DNA of 64,000 bases from the human T2T-CHM13v2.0 reference genome, Homo sapiens. Positions 22,490 through 47,744 of the stretch are shown piece after piece (position 1 is the stretch's first letter; every line of letters starts with the position of its first letter). The position numbers and the translations under genes are program-made. Below the pieces are notes generated by a model. The model was not told the origin of the DNA. It saw only the letters and a list, made by a program, of their open reading frames with translations, and searched no databases. The stretch is taken from assembly GCF_009914755.1 (NCBI RefSeq), contig NC_060929.1. One strand, written 5' to 3'.

Positions 22490-22990
22490 TGTGAAAAGAA
22501 ATTAAATTTTGGGACCCCAAACTCATTCAGTCAAAGGGAAAAGTCAAGCTGGGAACTGGGTCACAGAAACCTGCCTCCTCTTTTTGATTCCTGAATAAGA
22601 TGGCTACAGGATGAAAGGCTGCATACCTCCCCCATATTTTGCCCACAAGGAAATTCCTGGTCAGCTGTGCAATGCAGATTGATAGCTCATCTTTACCGGT
22701 GCGGTCACCCTGGCCAGACACAAATGCGTTATCTGATTGTTTCCCTACCCCATTTTGTCTGTGTTATCTAATGTAAAATGCAGATTCCCCATATTTTTCC
22801 TCTGCCCCCCCCCTTTTTTATGTGAAAACTGAGTGCTTCTCAATATCCCACCTTGTCCCCTTTAAATCTGGAGCCCTCAAAATCATCTTCTGAGAAAGTC
22901 ATAGACCTGTCTCTCAGGTGCCTCCTTAACTTTGGCAAACAAATCTCCTAAAATGATTGAGACTTGTCTCCTCATTTTCCTCAAATGACA
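22490..22990 (+). mobile_element. Solo ERV1 LTR, MER4A/MER4A1-like, in HAVCR2 intron 1 (antisense to the gene)
   Basis: TG...CA termini, perfect 4-bp TSD AAGT (22486-22489 / 22991-22994); start tgtgaaaagaaattaaattttgggaccccaaactca matches the MER4A 5' end as recalled. Confidence 0.85.
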
Positions 22991-23207
22991 AAGTTAATTC
23001 CATTAAAAAAAAACTATATATATTTTATATATGATAAAACATTCATTATATATTTTCTTTTGATTTTTTATGTCCCCTTTGTTTTCATATGACTCAACTA
23101 CAGTAAAAACATTCAAACACTATCAAAGGTGTATGAAAAAGTGGCCGGGCACACGGTGGGTCACGCCTGTAATCCCAGCACTTTGGGAGGCTGAGATGGG
23201 CAGATTA

Positions 23208-23498
<291 letters not shown>

Positions 23499-23869
23499 TT
23501 ACTCTCCCAACTCTTTACCATTCCCTGGTTCCTTTTCCTAGAGCTTATACATTAAGAAATGTCCACATATTCCTGCTCCCCGACAATGCACACACACAAA
23601 TAGAAGCCTAATATATGCATTATTCTGCAACTTTTTTTCTTTAATAACATTATAATTTTGAGACATTCTATACCAGTATGTTTTGTCAGACTCACTGTTT
23701 GTATCATGATTATATCACATTTATTTACCCACTCCCTCATCGACGGACATTTAGGTTGCTTCCAAGCTTTTGCTATTACAAACAACATTACAATGGCCAT
23801 CCTTGTATCTCTCCCTTGTCCTCTGTACAGCACCATTATGTCATTGTAAATATCCATGCCGAGACTTAC

Positions 23870-23927
23870 TTGTAAGTAGTAGCAGCAGCAGCAGCAGGAC
23901 ACAGTCAAAGGGAAGATGTGAAAACAT
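23870..23927 (-). CDS. HAVCR2: HAVCR2 exon 1 coding part, signal peptide (58 nt)
   Basis: ATG at 23927-23925; MFSHLPFDCVLLLLLLLLT A|gtaagt. Exon sum 58+336+84+44+154+37+193=906 nt = 301 aa + stop. Confidence 0.99.
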
Positions 23928-24400
23928 GGAGCTTGCAGAAGAAAAGTCAGAGGACACCTCTGTTAGGCACAGTTTTAACTCTCCAAATGGACTGGGTACT
24001 TCTTCCAACTGTCTACTCCACAATCACATGAGCAGTAGCCGCCCCCACTGAGTGCTAGCTCAGCACACCCGGGTGTCTGATTGCCAGTGATTCTTATAGT
24101 AACACTGCCAGGTCTACAGTCACATTAAAGGAAACCAAAGTTCTCTGTCATGCCACACTACACACATCCTGTAAGTGTTCTGATGTCTGTCCTGTGATAT
24201 CAACAAAGAGGAAGCAATACTTCAGTGGAAGAAAACGCTACTCAGTCATGGCACATAAAGAGAACCCTCTAATAATGTCTCAGATGAGATACACCTGAAA
24301 TGGAGCATGTCCGAGTCCATCTGACTAGCGGGGAACACAAAGTACAGATGCATCATCCATGGATTCATTCACTCAAATCAGTCCCTTCATCAGGCCTGTG
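23928..24400 (-). promoter_or_regulatory. HAVCR2: HAVCR2 5' UTR / proximal promoter (no CpG island)
   Basis: Unique sequence directly upstream of the ATG with a GC-box-like ccgccccc (~24039-24046); exact TSS not determinable. Confidence 0.6.
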
Positions 24401-24949
24401 ACCAAAGTTTATGAAGCCCCTACTTTGCACCAGGCACTGGACTAGGAAGTGGAACACAACAGTGAATGGCATGTTCCTTATCCTCACATTTACAGACCAT
24501 CGCAACTCCCAGCATAAGCCTCACTCTCATCCTTCTTCTAACACAGATTAGGTTGTATCCTATAACCTTGCTGAGTCTCAGTTTCCTCATTTATATAATT
24601 TATAAAATGAGAAAATTGTATTAGATAATACATGCATGGCTCTCTGTTCTAATATTCTGACTTTGACCTTCAAACTTCCAACTCTTCAATTTAGAAAAAA
24701 CATGTTCCTTTTGGCAACAGTTCCTTTCCTCTACTCTGAGTAGAATTAAGGGGATCTTGGTATCCTGTTTCATCTCATGCATACAAGGTGCCCCCTCTCC
24801 CCTACCCCGAGAGGCTTTGGCCATGAATGATCAGAAAGTGTTGAGTTCCAGCCACACTCCCATAACTGAGGTAACAGCTTAGACTCACGTAGCCTCAGCT
24901 CTGGGAGTGTGACCTTTATCTGGACACCTTAAAAGCAAAAGCTTTTTTT

Positions 24950-31944
<6,995 letters not shown>

Positions 31945-32399
31945 GGTCAAACTACTGTTTAATGGAAATATAACAGAATATAGGACGTTATATAAACATA
32001 AATTTATAGTTTATAAATACTTTGAAGCAAAAACTCAAGTAACTAGGACTCCAAAAAAAAAAAAAAAAACCACTGCTAGTCTCCATAAGTCTCTTCTATT
32101 CCCCATGCCAAGACCATGTACTTCTTCCTGATCACAAAATCTTCCCAGCTTGGCACAGTGGCTCATGCCTGGGAGGCTGAGGTAGGAGGATTGCTTGAAG
32201 CCAGGAGTTCAAGGCCAGCCTAGGCAACAGGGCAAGACTGTCTCTCCAAAACAAAGTAGCTGGGTGCAATGGCTCACACCTGTAATCTCAGCACTTTGGG
32301 AAGCCAAGTGGGAGGACTGCTTGAGGCCAGGAGTTCAAGACCTGGACAACAGAGTGAGATCCCATCTCTACAAAAAAAAAAAAATTATTTATAAAAATC

Positions 32400-34510
<2,111 letters not shown>

Positions 34511-35354
34511 AGAAATCACATAGTGCAAGATGACTGACTAGAGATGCCTGGCAGTCCTCTCCCCCAAAAGAAAGGACCAAGGCAATAAATAATAGCTGAG
34601 ATTTGACCAGATGTCAAAGGGACAGCACTAGAGTACAGTGGGAAAGTAGAGAGGCACCTGTGATGACTAGAAACCCAGGAGGACACTATGGGTGCACCCA
34701 GCTTCTGCAGCCCCCATCTCCCCAGCCCAGACTGGCCAAGAAACAGAAGAGACTTTCCCTTGCAAGGCAACAGTAAGTAGAAGAACCCCAGCAGCCCCCA
34801 CTGCCACCAAAAATACCTACAGTCCTTACTACAGGAGAATCCTACAAGGTCCTCACAAGCCCTGAGCCCAGTTAGGAGAGGTGTAGGGAATTAATGCAGC
34901 TGTGTGCTCTGGATTAGGATACAAGGTATGCACTCCCCACCCCTACTCGGTCCCCCGACCTGGTGTGAGCCAAACTGGTGCAGCATAGTGCCATCTTGAG
35001 ACCAGAGCCACATCTGGAGTGCATCCTCCTCTGCGGGCCAGTAGCCACTACATCTCTCCAGCTAGGGCTCCATCTTCATTCTGCCAAGCCCACACAGGTG
35101 ACTAAATGTCACAACCCCAACTCTGCAGAGGCTGGGCCCAGGATTAGCTCTGACTCTGGCCTTGCCCAGCAGGGAAACCAACCCCTGCTGCTCACATATT
35201 CAGCTAGAAAAATAGTCTGGCAGTCCTGCCCCCGGCAAACCCACCCTAAAGCCAGCCAAACTACTGTAGGCCCTCCCCTGAGCAAGAGAGGTCCCTGAGC
35301 CATCCAACAGCTGACACATTTGTAAGCTAGCAGGGTGGCTACATGCCTGCATCC

Positions 35355-36250
35355 AAAGCCTGAAAAACAGCCCTGTGGCATCTAGCACCCCCTCCTACAA
35401 TTGCAGACATACCTCTAGCCTGCCCAAAGGCCCTGCACCCCAAATCAGGACCTCAGAAATAGCCCTGTTGACTGCCCATGGCAGGCGCATACCCAGGCAG
35501 AACAAGCAGCTGTGTGACCATGTCTCAGGCTTAGAAAACAGCCCAATGAGCCATTCCTGGCAGTCAAGCCCCCAGGCCAACTGAGCAGCTTGGGCCAGGG
35601 AAACAGCCCCACAGGCCACTCCTGTCTGGCATGCTCCCAGGCTGATCAAGCTGCTATGTGCCCATGTCCAGGGCCTAAGAAATAGCCTTGCAGGCTGCTC
35701 CTGGCAGACACACCTCCAGGCCAGCCAAGCAACTGTGTGTCCCCTCACATCCTAGGCCTGAGAAACAGCCCCATGGTCCACCCCCACCAGACACACACCC
35801 AGGCCAGCTGAGCAGCTATGCACCCCATCCTGGGCCTGAGAAATAGCCCTGTGGTCCACCTTTACCATACCATATGGCCAGCCAAAAAGCCATATGGCCA
35901 CATCCCAGGCCTAAGAAACAGCCCTGTGGACCACCCTAAGGAGACACCCCCCAGGCCAGCCCAAATAACCTTTACTCACTACTCAGAACTAAAAAACAGC
36001 CCCAAGGACCATCCCCAGGAGACACACACCCCCAGGCCAGCAAAGCAACCAGTGTACTGGACTCAAGAAACAGCACAATGGGCCACCCCTGGATGATCGG
36101 CCTTCAGGCTAGCCATGAAACAGCACACTGACGCCCTTAGTTAAAGTAAAAGCTCTGTGGTCCCAACCCTGATGAGTGAGACCCCAAGTTGGCCAACCCA
36201 CCATGGGCATGTAGGCACACTGACCTGAGAAATAACCTGAAATAACCTGA
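35355..36250 (+). repeat. Degenerate tandem array (~75-80-bp period, ~10 units) in the L1M 5' UTR
   Basis: Recurrent core ggcctgagaaacagccc at ~35357, 35448, 35527, 35592, 35671, 35755, 35832, 35908, 35987, 36059. Confidence 0.85.
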
Positions 36251-38909
36251 AAGCCCACTTCCAGCAGAGCTGCACCACCACTGCCACAAACTCTCTTAGC
36301 CTATGCCACTGAGACACATGCAAACATCACTAACATGGATTACAGCTGAAGAAACTACATGGACACTGCACTACTGCATCCACCTAGAACCAAAGCCAGT
36401 GCACCCCATTGAACCAACACTCCAAGACCATCTATGCAAATAAGTCATTGCCTACTAAACCTACTGCATAGAATTGGAAGAGGCAAATGTTTCACTGACT
36501 TGCATAGAAATCATTGTAAGGAAAAGCAAGAAAACATGTCTCTTCCCAAAGAACACAATAGTTCTCCAATAACAGACCCCAATACTAAGGAAATATTAAA
36601 AAGGCCAGAAAAAGAATTCAAAATAATAATTCTAATAGAACTCAGTGAGATACAAGAGAATACAGATATACAATTCAATGAAATCAGGAAAACAGTTCAT
36701 AATTTGAATGAGAAATTCAACAGATATATATCATTTAAAAAAGAACCAAATAGAAATTCTAAAGCTAAAGAATTCAATGAATAAAATAAAAAATACAATT
36801 GAGAGTTCTGACAATAGAATGGACTGAGCCAAAGGAAAAAAAAAAAAATCCCTGAACTTGAAGACAGGTCTTTTGAAATAATATAGGCAGACAGAAAAAA
36901 AAAAAAGAAGAAGAAAGAAAGAATAGAAAGTTTACAGGGTTTATGAGCCATCACTAAGCAAACAAATATTTGCATTACAAGCATTCCAGAAGCAGAAGAA
37001 AAGGGAAAAGTTATATTAAAAAAACATATTTAATGAAACATTCCAAGTCTTGGGAGAAAGATGGACATCCAGATCTAGGAAGCTCAAAGAACCCCAAATA
37101 CATTAGATTCAAACAGGTCCTCTCCAAGGCACATTATGTCAAATTATCAAAAGTCAAAGATAAATACAGAATTCTAAAAACAGCAAGAGAGAAGTGTTGG
37201 GTCATATGTAAGGGAATCTCTATAAGACTAACAGTGAATTTCTCAGCAGAAACTTTATGGGCCAGGAGAGAATGATTTAAGGATTTGAAAGAAAAAAAAA
37301 AAAAGCCTGCCAGCCAAAAACTTCATACCCAGCAAAGCTATCATTCAGAAATGAAAAAGAAATACAATCTTTCACAGACAAGCAAAAATTGAGGGAACTC
37401 ATCACCACTAGATGAGCCTTATAAGAAATGTTCATGGGAGTCTTACATCTGGAAGTGAAAGACAAGAACCACCATCATGGAAAGATACAAAAATATAAAA
37501 CTCATTGGTAGAGCCAATACCCAAAGAAGAAATAGAAAGGAATAATACCTTATCACTAGAGAAAACCACTCAACTGCAAAAATAGTAAGAGAGAAATTAA
37601 GGAACAAAAGATACACAAAACAAAAAAAGTCAATAAAATGGCAGGAATAAGTTCTCATCTATCAATAATAATCTTGAATGTAAACTAATTAAATTCCATA
37701 TTTAAAAGATAAAGACTGGCTGAATGGATAATAAAACAAGGCCCAACTATAGGCTGCCTACAAGAAACTCATCTTATATGTAAAGACATAGATTGGAAAT
37801 GAAAGGATTGAAAAAGATATTGTTTTGCTTTTGGACAAAGATTTTTGCTCATGGAAAAAGATATTCTTTTTCTTTTTTACTCCTGCTTGCTTTTGAAAAG
37901 CAAAAATATAAAACTCATTGGTAGAGCCAATACCCAAAGAAGAAATAGAAAGGAATAATATCTTATCACTAGAGAAAACCACTCAACTGCAAAAATAGTA
38001 AGAGAGAAGTTAAGGATTTCTGATTTGGAAAGCCAAAGCAAGAGAGAGTAGCTATACTTATATCAGACAAAACAGACTTGAAGTCAAAGCTGTATAAAGA
38101 GACAAAGAAGGACATTATATAATAATAAATGGATCAATTCATCAAGAAAATCAAACAATTGTAAATATATATGCACCCAACACCATGCACCCAGATATAC
38201 AAAGGAAATATTGTCAGATCTAAAGGGAAAGATCGATCCCAATACAAAGCAGTTGGGGACTTCGACACTATACTCTCAGCATTGGACAGATTTCTAGAAA
38301 GAAAATCAACAAAGGAACACTGGATATAAATTGCACCATAAACCAAATGGACCTAACAGACATTTACAGAACATTTCACTAGATAGCTGCAGAATACACA
38401 TTCTTCTCATCAGCACATGGAACATTCTCCAGGACTGTCAGCCAGGCTGGAGTGCAATGGCAAGATTCAGTTTACTGCAACCTCTGACTCCCAGGTCCAA
38501 GCAATTCTTCTGCCTCAGCCTCCCAAGTAGCTGGGATTACAGGCACCTGCCACCACACCCAGCTACTTTTTTTATTATTATTATTTTTAGTAGAGATGGG
38601 TTTTCGCCATGTTAGCCAGGCTGGTCTCGAACTCCTGACCTAAGGTTATCTACCTGCCTCGGGCTCCCAAAGTGCTGGGATTACAGGCATGAGCCACCAC
38701 ACCTGGCTAAAAAAAAATTTCAAAATCAAAATCATATCAAGTATCTTACCTGACCACATGGAATAAAACTAGAAATCAATAAAAAGAGGAATATTCAAAA
38801 TGATACAAATAGAGGGAAACTAAAAGACACGCTCCTGAATGACTAATGCATGAAGAAGAAATTAAGAATAAAATTTTTAAAATTTATTTATTTATTTATT
38901 TATTTATGA

Positions 38910-39011
<102 letters not shown>

Positions 39012-39242
39012 TGAGTACCTGGAAATACAGGTGTGCACCACCACGCTTGGCTATTTTTTGTAGAGACAGGGTCTTGCTATGTTACCTTGGCTGGTCTCAA
39101 ACTCCTGGGCTCAAGCATCTCTTGCCTCATCCTCCCCAAGTGCTGGGATTACAGCATGAGCCACCGCACCTGGCCAAGAATGAAATTGCAAAACAAATGA
39201 AACAAATTAAAGAGCAAGTAAAACAAATTAAGAGAGAAATTA

Positions 39243-39817
<575 letters not shown>

Positions 39818-40653
39818 CTACATTGAAAAACTAGAAAGAGGGCCAGGCATGGTGGCACATATCTGTAATCCTAGCACGCTGGGAGGCCGAGGTGGGAGAA
39901 TTGCTTGAGGCCAGGAGTTCAAGACCAGCTTGGGCAACATAGTGAGACCCTATCTCTACAAAAATAAAAAACTTTATTAGCTGGGCATGGTGGTGCATAC
40001 CTGTAGTACTGCTAGTCAGGAGGCTGAGGTGGAAGGATCCCTTGAGCCCAGGAATTTAAGGTTGCAATGAGCCATGATTGTGCCAACAATGCAGCCATGA
40101 TTGACTCCAACCTGACAGAGTAAGAACCTGCCTCAAAAAAAACAGCAATAATAAAAATTAAAAAAAATTAAACTAGAAAGATTTCAAATATGCTATCCTA
40201 CAAAATAAATTCTAGAGAGAAAAGAAAAAAAGAAGGATTTCAATAAACAACTTCATGACATATCTCAAAGAACTACTAAAGGAAGAACAAACCAAATCCA
40301 AAATTAGAAGGAAAGACATAATAAATACCAGAGCAAAAATAAAAATACAAAAGATTAATAAAACAAAAGGTGATTTTTTGAAAAGATAAACAAACTTAAT
40401 GAACCATTAGCTAGACCGACTAAGAAAAAAAGAGAGAAGACCCAAATAAAATCAGAAATAAAAAACGAGATGTCACAATGAATACCACAGAAATACAAAG
40501 GATCATTAGAGCCAGGTGTGGTGGCTCACACTGGTAATCCCAACACTTTGGGAGGCTGAGGTAAGACAATCGCTTGTAGCTAGGAGTTTGAGAACAGCCT
40601 CCAGCCTGGGCAACAGAGTGAGACTCTATCTCTACAAAAAAATTAGTAAATAA

Positions 40654-40995
<342 letters not shown>

Positions 40996-41374
40996 TAACA
41001 ACTATATGCTCCTGAAAGCAAAGGCAAGCAGGAGTAGCTATCCTTATACCAGACAAAACAGACTTCAAGTCAAAAGCTGTATAAAGAGACAAAAACCTAG
41101 AGGAAATGGATAAATTTCTGGACATATACAACCTATCAATATTGAACCAAGAAGAAACAGAAAACCCAAACAGACCATTAACAGATTGAATCAGTAAGAA
41201 AAATTATCCCAACAGACTGGGCATGGTGGCTCACATCTGTAATTCTATCACTTTGGGAGATCAAGATGGGAACATTGCTTGAAGCCAAAAGTTCAAGAGC
41301 AGCCTGGGCCAACTAAGCAAAAGCCCATTTCTTTAAAAAAAACAGAAGAAAGGGAAAAAGAAAGACAGAGGAAG

Positions 41375-41416
41375 GGGGGAGGGGAGGGGAGGGGAGGGGA
41401 GGGGAAGGGGAGGGGA
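41375..41416 (+). repeat. (GGGGA)n purine tract derived from an Alu monomer tail; G-quadruplex potential
   Basis: ggggga ggggagggga ggggagggga ggggaagggg agggga. Confidence 0.85.
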
Positions 41417-42644
41417 AGGCGAAGGAAGGGAATTCTCCCAACAAAGAAAAGTCCAGGATCAGAGGGCTTTACCACTGAATTCTACAGAAACCTTTAAATG
41501 ATAATTCAAACCAATTCTTCTCAAACTATTCCTAAAAATTAAAGCAGAGGGAATTCTTCCTAACTCATTATATGAGGCTAGCATAACTAATAACAAAACT
41601 AGACAAGGACACAACAAAAAAAGAAAACCACAGGCCAATATTCCTGATGAACACAGATCTAAAATCCTCAATAAAATACTAGCACAGTGAATCCAAAATA
41701 CATCAAAAAGATAATACACCATGATCAAGTGGGATTTACCCCAGGGATGCAAGGCTGGTTCAACATACATAAATCAATAAATGTAATATATTACATTAAA
41801 AGAATGAAGGACAAAAACCACACGATCATCTAATAGAAGCAGAAAAAGCATCTGGTAAAATTCAACACACCCTCATAACAAAAACTCTAAATAATTAGGT
41901 ATAGTAGAAAAGTACCAGGCTGGGCATGGTGGCTCATGCCTGTAATCTCAGCACTTTGGGAGGGTGGATCGTGTGAGTCCAGGAGTTTGAGACCAGCCTG
42001 GACAACATGGTGAAACCCCGTCTGTACAAAAAGTGTTCTAAAAGTTAGGTGAGCACGATGGCCCATGCCTGTAGTCCCACTACTCAGGAGGCTGAGGTGG
42101 TAGGATTACCTGAGCGTAGGAGTAGGAGGTTGTAGTGAGCCAAGATTGTGCCCTTGCACTCCAGCCTGGCCAACAGAGCAAGACCTTGTCTCAAAAGAAA
42201 AATAAATAAAAGTACTTCAACACAATAAAGGCTATACATGACAAACCCACAGCTAAGATCATACTGAATGGGGAAAAGCTGAAAGTTTTTCCTCTAATAA
42301 TTGGAAAAAAACAAGGATGCCCTTTTACTCAACATAGTGCTAAACACATTCAGTAAAGTTGCAGGACACAAATCAACATACAAAAATCGGTCACATTTTT
42401 ATATAAAAACAACAAACTCATCAAAAAAAAATTTTAAAGTCAATCCCACTTACAGTAGTTACAAAAACATACCTAGGAATAAATTTAACCAAGGATATGA
42501 AAGACCTCTACAAGGAAAACTACAAAACATTGATGAAAAAAAGTGAAAAGGATAAAATAAATGTAAAGGCATCCCATGCTAATGGATCAGAAGAATTTAT
42601 ATTGTTAAAATGATCATACTACCCAAAGCAACCTACAGATTTAA

Positions 42645-42926
<282 letters not shown>

Positions 42927-42937
42927 TGACCTTGTGA

Positions 42938-43048
<111 letters not shown>

Positions 43049-43693
43049 TGAACAAAAAGAACAAAGCTGGGGGTATCACACTACCAGACTTCAAAACATA
43101 TTACAAAGCGGTTGTAACCAAAACAGCATGATACTGTGTGTCAAAAACAGACACATAGACCAGTGGAAGATAATGGAGAACCCAGAAATAAATCCATGTA
43201 TCCACAGCCAACTGATTTTTGACAATACTCATTGGGGAAAGGATAGTCTCTTCAATAAATGGTGCTGGGAAAACTGGATATCCATATGTAGAAGAATGAA
43301 ACTAGACCCTCACCTATAACCCTATACAAAAATAAACTCAAAATAGATCAAAGACCTAGATATAAGACCCCAAACTATAAAACTACTAGAAGAAAACATA
43401 AGGGAATTGCTTCAAGGCGTTGGTCTGAGAAAATATTTTATGAATAAAACCTCAACCACACAGGCAACAAAAGCAAAAATAAACAAATGGGATTATATCA
43501 AACTAAAAAACTGTACATCAGGGCCAGGCATGGTGGCTCATGCCTGTAATCCCAGCAATTTGGGAGGCCAGGGGGCGTGGATCACCTGAGGTCAGGAGTT
43601 CGAGACAAGCCTGGCCAATATGGCAAAACCCTGTCTCTACTAAAAACACAAAAATTAGCCAGACATCATGGCATGAGCCTGTAATCCCAGCTA

Positions 43694-43847
<154 letters not shown>

Positions 43848-44102
43848 TCAAAAGAATGAAAAGACAACCTACAGAATGGGAGAAAGTGTTTGCAAGCTAT
43901 TCATTCATCTAGTGGAGGATAAATGTCCAGAATACACAAGGAACTCAAACATCTCAATAGCAAAAAATAAACAATCTGATTTTACAATGAACAAATGATC
44001 TGTACAAACATTTCTCAAAAGAAAATACATAAAGATGGCCAACAAGTATATGAAAAAAATGCTCAACAACACTAATTATCAGAGAAATGCAGTCCAGGCT
44101 CA

Positions 44103-44330
<228 letters not shown>

Positions 44331-44466
44331 TCAAAAAAAAAAAAAAGAAAAAGAAATGCAAAGCAAAACTATAATGAGATATCATCTCACCTCAAGACAG
44401 CAATTACGAAAAAAAGAAAACATAAATGCTGGTGAGGAAGTAGAGGAAAAAAACTTTTTTTTTTGA

Positions 44467-44670
<204 letters not shown>

Positions 44671-45018
44671 TGAATATTTTTTCCTCAGCAATCAGTAAAC
44701 TCATTAATAAGTTATCTGTGGGTTACACTGAATTTTCTATGTTAACAACCATTTTCTGCAAATAACGACAGTTTTGTTCCTTCCTTTTCAATACTACTTT
44801 TTTTTTTCCTTACCATGCTGGTTAGGAAATCTAGTACGTATTTAATAGACATTTTGATAGCAGGCATCCTTGTTTTACTCCAGCTCTCAAAGGAAATTTA
44901 CAGGTTTTCATCTTGAGTATAATACATGCTATAGGTTTTATGGAGCTACTATTTATTATATTAAGGAAGTCTTCTTCTATTCCTAATGTTCTAAAGGTTT
45001 TTTCTTTTTCATGGATAG

Positions 45019-45389
<371 letters not shown>

Positions 45390-46170
45390 TGATTTTTCTT
45401 CAATTTATATTGTTGTGACATATTATCTATTCTATATTCCTGAGATAAACACAGATTAACCATAATACATTACCTTTTATTTTTACATATTATTGGGTCC
45501 AATTTGCTAGTATTTTGTGCTAGCCTCATAAAAACAGTTGGGACATACTTCCTGTTTTTCTATTCTCTGAAAGAGTCTGTATAAGACTGAAATCATTATT
45601 TATTTATTTATTCATTTATTTTTGTATTTTTTTCTGGCAATGTTTGGCAGACTTGCCAGCAAAGCTATTTTTTGTTTGTTTGGTTTTGTGTTTTTGTTTG
45701 CTTATTTGCTTTTGCTAATCAGCTGACTTTAAGATTCACCAGTATAGCTATTTGAACTTTTAAGTTTTCTTTGTGAGAAGATTTTGACTATTGATCCATT
45801 TATTTTAATTGTTAGAGAATTATCCTGGTTTCCTATTCCTCAATCTGTATTGGTAATTTTCTAAGAATGTGTCCATTTTGTCTAAATTTTCTAACTTATT
45901 AAAAAATCCATATTTTACTTTTTTACTATAATAATGTCCCCCCTTTCATTTCTGCTATTATTTGTGCCTTCCTCTTTTTTTTTTTTTTTTTTTCGTTATC
46001 AGTCTCCCCTGCAAGTAGCAGTGACTCAGAGCCCCAGAATCAAGCACCACTTAAGCCTCCAGGGCACTCCTGCTGCCCTTTCAGATCAGATGCTTCTGCA
46101 CAGATGTTTAGCGGGCCCTGAGTATGTCGCTTCGAGGCAAATGAGTTTCAGAAAGAATTAGGATGGGTCT

Positions 46171-46259
46171 CCACGGCACGTGTTACCTATGCAACAAACC
46201 TGCACGTTCTGCACATATACCCCAGAACTTAATATAATAAGTATAATAAAAAAAAACTA
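46171..46259 (+). mobile_element. ~90-bp 5'-truncated L1PA 3' end with 19-bp TSD
   Basis: acctatgcaacaaacctgcacgttctgcacatataccccagaactta + A tail; TSD aaagaattaggatgggtct at 46152-46170 and 46260-46278. Confidence 0.92.
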
Positions 46260-46269
46260 AAAGAATTAG

Positions 46270-46738
<469 letters not shown>

Positions 46739-47439
46739 TAGCCAGGATGGACCCGGCTAATTTTGTATTTTTAGTAGAGACATGATTTCACCATGTTGGT
46801 CAGGCTGGTCTATGAACTCCTGACCCCAGGTGATCCGCCTGCCTCGGCCTCCCAAAGTGCTGGGATTACAGGCATGAGCCACGCCGCCCAGCAGGAAGTT
46901 AATATACGAAACCGAGATATACAGCTGATTAAACAGTAGAGCCCTAGGATTCTGGGGTGTTTTCCAACACCAACCATTTCTCTAATTCAACAGACAAAGT
47001 ACGTATCTAATGATTCAATTTAATTCTGACACTAACTACCCAGAGTTAGGGTAAGTTAGGGTAAGCAGTACCTCTGAGTTTCTTCATTTTAGTCTACTCT
47101 GCAACCAGCTACAGCTCTTAAATCTGAGGTAAGAGTGCCACTTACTGGTAGCCTCATCACAACGCAACTTGAAACCCGCTCACAAATTTAATTCTAAGTG
47201 CCAGTGGCATGCAAAAGAAAAAAGGCTCAGTACGGTATGCATATATTAAAACATTACATTGTACCTCACAAATAAATAATTTGTCAATTAAAAATAAAAT
47301 AAAACTTAAGTGCTTTGTAGCCATTCTCCTATTTAATCCTTGGATTAATCCTATGAAGAAGCTTCTGTAATTTATATTTCTGTGATTTTTTATTAGTAGC
47401 TTTGTGAAAACACTCCAAAGTTTAGAATCCAATTACCTA

Positions 47440-47744
47440 CATCATAGCCCACCAGCCAAATCCAGCCTGCTGTCTGATTTTGTACTCTCACATCTAAGAA
47501 TAATTGTACATGCTAAATAGTTGGAAAAAATCAGAATAATTCACATATGAAAATTATTGAAATTCAAAATTCAATGTCCATATAGAAAGCTGTATTGGAA
47601 CCGAGCTCTCTTGTTTATGCATTGTCTATGGCTGCTTTCGACCCACAGCAGTTGAGTAGCTGCAATGGAAACTGTACAGTCCTCAATGCCTAAAATATTT
47701 ACTAATTGAATCTTTACAAAAGAGTTTGCCAATTCCTGACCTAG
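47440..47744. mobile_element. MER58-type DNA transposon
   Basis: gccaaatccagcctgc...tgtctatggctgcttt...gcctaaaatatttact...gtttgccaattcctg. Confidence 0.7.

Noticed and set aside
23874-23897. CTG repeat in the signal peptide as an expansion locus
   Set aside because: Only five pure CTG codons; ordinary poly-Leu core
35355-36250. Repeat-spacer-like array resembling CRISPR
   Set aside because: Human DNA; whole units are degenerate homologues within an L1 5' UTR; no cas genes
34516-36323. GC-richer ORFs of 60-117 aa
   Set aside because: Lie within the L1M 5' UTR and its tandem array
46000-46140. Unique island with AP-1 motif TGACTCA (46022-46028)
   Set aside because: A single 7-mer is expected by chance; no other support
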